A stretch of 64,000 nt of DNA, taken from assembly GCA_964016885.1 (NCBI GenBank), contig OZ024742.1:375906001-375970000 (forward strand). Direction: 5' to 3'. This DNA is from Eledone cirrhosa. Lineage: Eukaryota. Positions 1 to 11,200 of this stretch are shown piece by piece (within the stretch, counting starts at the first letter, position 1; every line of letters starts with the position of its first letter). Both the position numbers and the translations under genes were made by a program. Under the pieces are notes generated by a model. That model did not search any database and was not told where the DNA came from. It worked only from the letters and a program-made list of their open reading frames with translations.

Positions 1-1203
1 CACCAACATTAATATTTACTGAGTGTATGGGGTGTATTTTATCATGGCACCATCACTAGTACTTTACTGAGTGTATGGGGTGTATTTTATCAGGGCACCA
101 GTATTAATACTTTACTGAGTGTATGGGGGGGGGGGGGGGGTATTTTATCATGATACCAGCATTAATACTTTACTGAGTGTATGGGGTGTATTTTATCATG
201 ATACCAGCATTAATACTTTACTGAGTGTATGGTTGTATTTTATCATGGCACCATCACTAATACTTTACTGAGTGTATGGGGTGTATTTTATCATGATACC
301 AGCATTAATACTTTACTGAGTGTATGGGGGTGTATTTTATAATGATACCAGCATTAATACTTTACTGAGTGTATGGTTGTATTTTATCATGGCACCATCA
401 CTAATACTTTACTGAGTGTATGGGGTGTATTTTATCATGATACCAGCATTAATACTTTACTGGGTGTATGGGGTGTATTTTATTATGATACCATCACTAA
501 TACTTTACTGAGTGTATGGGGGTGTATTTTATCATGATACCAGCATTAATACTTTACTGAGTGTATGGGGTGTATTTTATCATGATACCAGCATTAATAC
601 TTTACTGAGTGTATGGGGTGTATTTTATCATGATACCAGCATTAATACTTTACTGAGTGTATGGTTGTATTTTATCATGGCACCATCACTAATACTTTAC
701 TGAGTGTATGGGGTGTATTTTATCATGATACCAGCATTAAAACTTTACTGAGTGTATGGGGGTGTATTTTATCATGATACCAGCATTAATACTTTACTGA
801 GTGTATGGGGTGTATTTTATCATGATACCAGCATTAATACTTTACTGAGTGTATTTTATCATGATACCAGCATTAATACTTTACTGAGTGTATGGGGTGT
901 ATTTTATCATGATACCAGCATTAATACTTTACTGGGTGTATGGGGTGTATTTTATCATGATACCATCACCAATACTTTACTGAGTGTATGGGGGTGTATT
1001 TTATCATGATACCAGCATTAATACTTTACTGAGTGTATGGGGTGTATTTTATCATGATACCAGCATCAATACTTTACTGAGTGTATGGGGTGTATTTTAT
1101 CATGATACCAGCATTAATACTTTACTGAGTGTATGGTTGTATTTTATCATGGCACCATCACTAATACTTTACTGAGTGTATGGGGTGTATTTTATCATGA
1201 TAC
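1..1203. repeat. Tandem array A: 48-bp minisatellite/satellite, ~25 copies, truncated by the left window edge
   Basis: Consensus GTGTATGGGGTGTATTTTATCATGATACCAGCATTAATACTTTACTGA is read directly, and the 16-aa period of the ORF translations agrees. Variants include 47 bp (GGTTG...GGCACCATCACT), 49 bp (G5) and one 38-bp unit near 850. Confidence 0.98.
125..140 (+). repeat. G16 homopolymer replacing the GGGGTG of one array A monomer
   Basis: GTAT followed by 16 G then TATTTTATC at 121-149. Confidence 0.9.
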
Positions 1204-4200
1204 AACTGGTATTGACACTAATACCAACCTAGTAAACACTAGCTCTGGTTATATAAAACTAGATGAGGAACAACTGGTATTGACACTAGTACCAACCTAG
1301 TAAACACCAGCCATGGTAATATAAAACTAGATGGAGAACAACAGGTATTGACACTAGTACCAACCTAGTAAACATAAGCTCTGGTTATATAAAACTAGAT
1401 AGACAACTGGTATTGACACTAGTACCAACCTAGTAAACACCAGCTCTGGTTATATAAAATTAGATGGAGAACAATTGGTATTGACACTAGTACCAACCTA
1501 GTAAACACCAGCTCTGGTTATATAAAACTAGGGAGACAACTGGTATAGACACTAGTACCAACCTAGTAAACACCAGCTCTGGTTATATAAAACTAGGGAG
1601 AGAACTGGTATAGACACTAGTACCAACCTAGTAAACACCAGCTCTGGTTATATAAAACTAGATGGAGAACAACTGGTATTGACACTAGTACCAACCCAGT
1701 AAACACCAGCTCTGGTTATATAAAACTAGATAGAGAACAACTGGTATTGACACTAGTACCAACCTGGTAAACACCAGCTCTGGCTATATAAAATTAGATA
1801 GAGAACAATTGATATTGCCACTAGTACTAATCTAGTAAACACTAAGCTCTGGTTATATAAAACTAGATGAGGAACAACTGGTATTGACACTAGTACCAAC
1901 CTAGTAAACACCAGCTCTGATTATATAAAACTAGATAGAGAACAACTGGTATTGACACTAGTACCAACCTGGTAAACACCAGCTCTGGTTATATAAGATT
2001 AGATGGAGAACAATTGGTATTGAAACTAGTACCAACCTAGTAAACACCAGCTCTGTTTATATAAAATTAGATAGAGAACAACTGGTATTGACACTAGTAC
2101 CAACCTAGTAAACACCATCACTGGTCATATAAAACTAGATAGAGAACAACTGGTATTGACACTAATACCAACCTGGTACACACCAGCTCTGGTTATATAA
2201 AACTAGATAGAGAACAACTGGTATTGAGACTAGTACCAACCTAGTAAACACCAGCTCTGGTTATATAAAACTAGATAGAGAACAACTGGTATTGACACTA
2301 GTACCAACCTAGTAAACACTAAGCTCTGGTTATATAAAACTAGATGAGGAACAACTGGTATTGACACTAGTACCAACCTAGTAAACACCAGCTCTGATTA
2401 TATAAAACTAGATAGAGAACAACTGGTATTGACACTAGTACCAACCTGGTAAACACCAGCTCTGGTTATATAAGATTAGATGGAGAACAATTGGTATTGA
2501 AACTAGTACCAACCTAGTAAACACCAGCTCTGTTTATATAAAACTAGATAGAGAACAACTGGTATTGACACTAGTACCAACCTAGTAAACACCAGCTCTG
2601 GTTATATAAAACTAGGGAGAGACTGGTATAGACACTAGTACCAACCTAGTAAACACCAGCTCTGGTTATATAAAGCTAGATAGAGAACAATGGTATTGAC
2701 ACTAGTACCAACCTAGTAAACACCAGCTCTGGTTATATACAACTAGATAGAGAACAACTGGTATTGACACTAGTACCAACCTAGTAAACACCAGCTCTGG
2801 TTATATAAAACTAGATAGAGAACAACAGGTATTGACACTAATACCAACCTAGTAAACACTAGCTCTGGTTATATAAAACTAGGGAGAGACTGGTATAGAC
2901 ACTAGTACCAACCTAGTAAACACCAGCTCTGGTTATATAAAGCTAGATAGAGAACAATGGTATTGACACTAGTACCAACCTAGTAAACACCAGCTCTGGT
3001 TATATACAACTAGATAGAGAACAACTGGTATTGACACTAGTACCAACCTAGTAAACACCAGTTCTGGTTATATAAAACTAGATAGACAACTGGTATTGAC
3101 ACTAGTACCAACCTAGTAAACACCAGTTCTGGTTATATAAAACTAGATAGACAACTGGTATTGACACTAGTACCAACCTAGTAAACACCAGCCCTGGTAA
3201 TATAAAACTAGATAGAGAACAACTGGTATTGACATTAGTACCAACCTAGTAAACACCAACTCTGGTTATATAAAACTAGGGAGAGAACTGATATACACAC
3301 TAGTATCAACCTAGTAAACACCAGCTCTGGTTATATAAAACTAGATAGAGAACAACTGGTATTGACACTAGTACCAACCTAGTAAACACCAGCTCTGGTT
3401 ATATAAAACTAGGGAGAGAACTGGTATTGACACTAGTACCAACCTAGTAAACACCAGCTCTGTTTATATACAACTAGATAGAGAACAACTGGTATTGACA
3501 CTAGTACCAACCTAGTAAACACCAGCTCTGGTTATATAAAACTAGATAGACAACTGGTATTGACACTAGTACCAACCTAGTAAACACCAGTTCTGGTTAT
3601 ATAAAACTAGATAGACAACTGGTATTGACACTAGTACCAACCTAGTAAACACCAGCCCTGGTAATATAAAACTAGATAGAGAACAACTGGTATTGACACT
3701 AGTACCAACCTAGTAAACACCAGCTCTGGTTATATAAAACTAGGGAGAGAACTGATATACACACTAGTATCAACCTAGTAAACACCAGCTCTGGTTATAT
3801 AAAACTAGATAGAGAACAACTGGTATTGACACTAGTACCAACCTAGTAAACACCAGCTCTGGTTATATAAAACTAGGGAGAGAACTGGTATAGACACTAG
3901 TACCAACCTAGTAAACACCAGCTCTGGTTATATAAAACTAGATAGAGAACAATGGTATTGACACTAGTACCAACCTAGTAAACACCAGGTCTGGTTATAT
4001 ACAACTAGATAGAGAACAACTGGTATTGACACTAGGACCAACCTAGTAAACACCAGCTCTGGTTATATAAAACTAGATAGAGAACAACTGGTATTGACAC
4101 TAGTACCAACCTAGTAAACACCAGCTCTGGTTATATAAAACTAGATAGACAACAGGTATTGACACTAGTACCAACCTAGTAAACACCAGCTCTGGTTATA

Positions 4201-5239
4201 TAAAACTAGATAGACAACTGGTATTGACACTAGTACCAACCTAGTAAACACCAGTTCTGGTTATATAAAACTAGATAGACAACTGGTATTGACACTAGGA
4301 CCAACCTAGTAAACACCAGGTCTGGTTATATACAACTAGATAGAGAACAACTGGTATTGACACTAGGACCAACCTAGTAAACACCAGCTCTGGTTATATA
4401 AAACTAGATAGAGAACAATGGTATTGACACTAGTACCAACCTAGTAAACACCAGCTCTGGTTATATAAAACTAGATAGAGAACAATGGTATTGACACTAG
4501 TACCAACCTAGTAAACACCAGCTCTGGTTATATACAACTAGATAGAGAACAACTGGTATTGACACTAGTACCAACCTAGTAAACACCAGCTCTGGTTATA
4601 TAAAACTAGATAGACAACTGGTATTGACACTAGTACCAACCTAGTAAACACCAGTTCTGGTTATATAAAACTAGATAGACAACTGGTATTGACACTAGTA
4701 CCAACCTAGTAAACACCAGCCCTGGTAATATAAAACTAAATAGAGGACAACTGGTATTGACACTAGTACCAACCTAGTAAACACCAGCCCTGGTAATATA
4801 AAACTAGATAGAGAACAACTGGTATTGACACTAGTACCAACCTAGTAAACACCAGCTCTGGTTATATAAAACTAGGGAGAGAACTGGTATAGACACTAGT
4901 ACCAACCTAGTAAACACCAGCTCTGGTTATATAAAACTAGATGGAGAACAACTGGTATTGACACTAGTACCAACCTAGTAAACACCAGCTCTGGTTATAT
5001 AAAACTAGATAGAGAACAACTGGTATTGACACTAGTACCAACCTAGTAAACACCAGCTCTGGTTATATAAAACTAGGGAGAGAACTGATATACACACTAG
5101 TATCAACCTAGTAAACACCAGCTCTGGTTATATAAAATTAGATGGAGAACAATTGATATTGACACTAGTACCAACATAGTAAACACCAGCTCTGGTTATA
5201 TAAAACTAGGGAGAGAACTGATATACACACTAGTATCAA

Positions 5240-8200
5240 CCTAGTAAACACCAGCTCTGGTTATATAAAACTAGATAGAGAACAACTGGTATTGACACTA
5301 GTACCAACCTAGTAAACACCAGCTCTGGTTATATAAAACTAGATAGAGAACAACTGGTATTGACACTAGTACCAACCTAGTAAACACCAGCTCTGGTTAT
5401 ATAAAACTAGATGGAGAACAACTGGTATTGACACTAGTACCAACCTAGTAAACACCAGCTCTGGTTATATAAAACTAGATAGAGAACAACTGGTATTGAC
5501 ACTAGTACCAACCTGGTAAACACCAGCTCTTGTTATATGAAATTAGATGGAGAACAATTGGTATTGACACTAGTATCAACATAGTAAACACCAGCTCTGG
5601 TTATATAAAACTAGATAGAGAACAACTGGTATTGAGACTAGTACCAACCTAGTAAACACCAGCTATGGTTATATAAAACTAGATAGAGAACAACTGGTAT
5701 TGACACTAGTACCAACCTAGTAAACACCAGCTCTGGTTATATAAAACTAGATAGAGAACTGGTATTGAGACTAGTACCAACCTAGTAAACACCATCCCTG
5801 GTAATATAAAACTAGATAGAGAACAACTGGTATTGAAACTAGTACCAATCTAGTAAACACAAGCTCTGGTAATGTAAAACTAGATAGAGAACAACTGGTA
5901 TTGACACTAGTACCAATCTAATAAACACCAGCTCTGGTTATATAAAACTAGATAGAGAACAACTGGTATTGACACTAGTACCAACCTAGTAAACACCAGC
6001 TCTGGTTATATAAAACTAGATAGACAACTGGTATTGACACTAGTACCAACCTAGTAAACACTAGCTCTGGTTATATAAAACTAGATAGAGAACAACTGGT
6101 ATTGACACTAGTACCAACCTAGTAAACACTAGCTCTGGTTATATAAAACTAGATGGAGAACAACTGGTATTGACACTAGTACCAATCTAGTAAACACCAG
6201 CTCTGGTTATATAAAACTAGATAGAGAACAACTGGTATTGACACTAGTACCAACCTAGTAAACACCAGCTCTGGTTATATAAAACTAGATAGAGAACAAC
6301 TGGTATTGACACTAATACCAACCTAGTAAACACTAGCTCTGGTTATATAAAACTAGATGAGGAACAACTGGTATTGACACTAGTACCAACCTAGTAAACA
6401 CCAGCTCTGGTTATATAAAACTAGATAGAGAACAACTGGTATTGACACTAGTACCAACCTGGTAAACACCAGCTCTGGTTATATAAAATTAGATGGAGAA
6501 CAACTGGTATTGACACTAGTACTAATCTAGTAAACACCAGCCCTGGTAATATAAAACTAGATGGAGAACAACAGGTATTGACACTAGTACCAACCTAGTA
6601 AACACAAGCTCTGGTTATATAAAACTAGATAGACAACTGGTATTGACACTAGTACCAACCTAGTAAACACCAGCTCTGGTTATATAAAATTAGATGGAGA
6701 ACAATTAGTATTGACACTAGTACCAACCTAGTAAACACCAGCTCTGGTTATATAAAACTAAATAGAGTACATCTGGTATTGACACTAGTACCAACCTAGT
6801 AAACACCAGCTCTGGTTATATAAAACTAGGGAGAGAACTGGTATAGACACTAGTACCAACCTAGTAAACACCAGCTCTGGTTATATAAAACTAGATGGAG
6901 AACAACTGGTATTGACACTAGTACCAACCCAGTAAACACCAGCACTGGTTATATAAAACTAGATAGAGAACAACTGGTATTGACACTAGTACCAACCTGG
7001 TAAACACCAGCTCTGGTTATATGAAATTAGATGGAGAACAATTGATATTGACACTAGTACCAACATAGTAAACACCAGCTCTGGTTATATAAAACTAGAT
7101 AGAGAACAACTGGTATTGAGACTAGTACCAACCTAGTAAACACCAGCTCTGGTTATATAAAACTAGATAGAGAACAACTGGTATTGACACTAGTACCAAC
7201 CTAGTAAACACCAGTTCTGGTTATATAAAACTAGATAGAAAACAACTGGTATTGAGACTAGTACCAACCTAGTAAACACCAGCCCTGGTAATATAAAACT
7301 AGATAGAGAACAACTGGTATTGAAACTAGTACCAACCTAGTAAACACAAGCTCTGGTAATGTAAAACTAGATGGAGAACAACTGGTATTGACACTAGTAC
7401 CAATCTAGTAAACACCAGCTCTGGTTATATAAAACTAGATAGAGAACAACTGGTATTGACACTAGTACCAACCTAGTAAACACCAGCTCTGGTTATATAA
7501 AACTAGATAGACAACTGGTATTGACACTAGTACCAACCTAGTAAACACTAGCTCTGGTTATATAAAACTAGATAGAGAACAACTGGTATTGACACTAGTA
7601 CCAACCTAGTAAACACCAGCTCTGGTTATATAAAACTAGATGGAGAACAACTGGTATTGGCACTAGTACCAATCTAGTAAACACCAGCTCTGGTTATATA
7701 AAACTAGATAGAGAACAACTGGTATTGACACTAGTACCAACCTAGTAAACACCAGCTCTGGTTATATAAAACTAGATAGAGAACAACTGGTATTGACACT
7801 AATACCAACCTAGTAAACACCAGTTCTGGTTATATAGAATTAGATGGAGAACAATTGGTATTGACACTAGTACCAACCTAGTAAACACCAGCTCTGGTTA
7901 TATAAAACTAGATGAGGAACAACTGGTATTGACACTAGTACCAACCTAGTAAACACCAGCCCTGGTAACATAAAACTAGATGGAGAACAACAGGTATTGA
8001 CACTAGTACCAACCTAGTAAACACAAGCTCTGGTTATATAAAACTAGATAGACAACTGGTATTGACACTAGTACCAACCTAGTAAACACCAGTTCTGGTT
8101 ATATAAAATTAGATGGAGAACAATTGGTATTGACACTAGTACCAACCTAGTAAACACCAGCTCTGGTTATATAAAACTAAATAGAGTACATCTGGTATTG

Positions 8201-11200
8201 ACACTAGTACCAACCTAGTAAACACCAGCTCTGGTTATATAAAACTAGGGAGAGAACTGGTATAGACACTAGTACCCACCTAGTAAACAACAGCTCTGGT
8301 TATATAAAACTAGATGGAGAACAACTGGTATTGACACTAGTACCAACCTAGTAAACAGCAGCTCTGGTTATATAAAACTAGATGGAGAACAACTGGTATT
8401 GACACTAGTACCAACCTGGTAAACACCAGCTCTGGTTATATAAAACTAGATAGAGAACAACTGGTATTGACACTAGTACCAACCTGGTAAACACCAGCTC
8501 TTGTTATATGAAATTAGATGGAGAACAATTGGTATTGACACTAGTACCAACATAGTAAACACCAGCTCTGGTTATATAAAACTAGATAGAGAACAACTGG
8601 TATTGAGACTAGTACCAACCTAGTAAACACCAGCTCTGGTTATATAAAACTAGATAGAGAACAACTGGTATTGACACTAGTACCAACCTAGTAAACACCA
8701 GCTCTGGTTATATAAAACTAGATAGAGAACTGGTATTGAGACTAGTACCAACCTAGTAAACACCATCCCTGGTAATATAAAACTAGATAGAGAACAACTG
8801 GTATTGAAACTAGTACCAATCTAGTAAACACAAGCTCTGGTAATGTAAAACTAGATAGAGAACAACTGGTATTGAGACTAGTACCAATCTAGTAAACACC
8901 AGCTCTGGTTATATAAAACTAGATGGAGAACAACTGGTATTGACACTAGTACCAATCTAGTAAACACCAGCTCTGGTTATATAAAACTAGATAGAGAACA
9001 ACTGGTATTGACACTAGTACCAACCTAGTAAACACCAGCTCTGGTTATATAAAACTAGATAGACAACTGGTATTGACACTAGTACCAACCTAGTAAACAC
9101 TAGCTCTGGTTATATAAAACTAGATAGAGAACAACTGGTATTGACACTAGTACCAACCTAGTAAACACTAGCTCTGGTTATATAAAACTAGATGGAGAAC
9201 AACTGGTATTGACACTAGTACCAATCTAGTAAACACCAGCTCTGGTTATATAAAACTAGATAGAGAACAACTGGTATTGACACTAGTACCAACCTAGTAA
9301 ACACCAGCTCTGGTTATATAACACTAGATAGAGAACAACTGGTATTGACACTAATACCAACCTAGTAAACACTAGCTCTGGTTATATAAAACTAGATGAG
9401 GAACAACTGGTATTGACACTAGTACCAACCTAGTAAACACCAGCCCTGGTAATATAAAACTAGATGGAGAACAACAGGTATTGACACTAGTACCAACCTA
9501 GTAAACACAAGCTCTGGTTATATAAAACTAGATAGACAACTGGTATTGACACTAGTACCAACCTAGTAAACACTAGCTCTGGTTATATAAAACTAGATAG
9601 AGAACAACTGGTATTGACACTAGTACCAACCTAGTAAACACAAGCTCTGGTTATATAAAACTAGATGGAGAACAACTGGTATTGACACTAGTACCAACCT
9701 AGTAAACACCAGCTCTGGTTATATAAAACTAGATAGAGAACAACTGGTATTGACACTAGTACCAACCTAGTAAACACCAGCTCTGGTTATATAAAACTAG
9801 ATAGAGAACAACTGGTATTGACACTAGTACCAACCTAGTAAACACCAGCTCTGGTTATATAAAACTAGATGGAGAACAACTGGTATTGACACTAGTACCA
9901 ACCTAGTAAACACCAGCTCTGGTTATATAAAACTAGATAGAGAACAACTGGTATTGACACTAGTACCAACCTGGTAAACACCAGCTCTTGTTATATGAAA
10001 TTAGATGGAGAACAATTGGTATTGACACTAGTATCAACATAGTAAACACCAGCTCTGGTTATATAAAACTAGATAGAGAACAACTGGTATTGAGACTAGT
10101 ACCAACCTAGTAAACACCAGCTCTGGTTATATAAAACTAGATAGAGAACAACTGGTATTGACACTAGTACCAACCTAGTAAACACCAGCTCTGGTTATAT
10201 AAAACTAGATAGAGAACTGGTATTGAGACTAGTACCAACCTAGTAAACACCATCCCTGGTAATATAAAACTAGATAGAGAACAACTGGTATTGAAACTAG
10301 TACCAATCTAGTAAACACAAGCTCTGGTAATGTAAAACTAGATAGAGAACAACTGGTATTGACACTAGTACCAATCTAATAAACACCAGCTCTGGTTATA
10401 TAAAACTAGATAGAGAACAACTGGTATTGACACTAGTACCAACCTAGTAAACACCAGCTCTGGTTATATAAAACTAGATAGACAACTGGTATTGACACTA
10501 GTACCAACCTAGTAAACACTAGCTCTGGTTATATAAAACTAGATAGAGAACAACTGGTATTGACACTAGTACCAACCTAGTAAACACTAGCTCTGGTTAT
10601 ATAAAACTAGATGGAGAACAACTGGTATTGACACTAGTACCAATCTAGTAAACACCAGCTCTGGTTATATAAAACTAGATAGAGAACAACTGGTATTGAC
10701 ACTAGTACCAACCTAGTAAACACCAGCTCTGGTTATATAAAACTAGATAGAGAACAACTGGTATTGACACTAATACCAACCTAGTAAACACTAGCTCTGG
10801 TTATATAAAACTAGATGAGGAACAACTGGTATTGACACTAGTACCAACCTAGTAAACACCAGCTCTGGTTATATAAAACTAGATAGAGAACAACTGGTAT
10901 TGACACTAGTACCAACCTGGTAAACACCAGCTCTGGTTATATAAAATTAGATGGAGAACAACTGGTATTGACACTAGTACTAATCTAGTAAACACCAGCC
11001 CTGGTAATATAAAACTAGATGGAGAACAACAGGTATTGACACTAGTACCAACCTAGTAAACACAAGCTCTGGTTATATAAAACTAGATAGACAACTGGTA
11101 TTGACACTAGTACCAACCTAGTAAACACCAGCTCTGGTTATATAAAATTAGATGGAGAACAATTAGTATTGACACTAGTACCAACCTAGTAAACACCAGC

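Noticed and set aside
512-1175. Three + strand ORFs (63-85 aa) with a VFYHDTSINTLLSVWG repeat
   Set aside because: They arise because 48 bp is a multiple of 3 and one frame lacks stops. They start at GTG codons within the repeat, and 47-, 49- and 38-bp units break the frame repeatedly, so there is no sign of coding constraint.
1-1203. Telomeric repeat
   Set aside because: One strand is G/T-rich, but the unit is 48 bp, heterogeneous and unlike telomerase repeats I recognise. A subtelomeric location cannot be assessed from this window.
1262-1300. Satellite-encoded hammerhead ribozyme (CTAGATGAG resembles CUGAUGA; GAAAC variants exist)
   Set aside because: The core has an extra A, GAAAC is not in the same monomers at a suitable spacing, and no stems I-III are evident. 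An Infernal/Rfam search would be the formal test.
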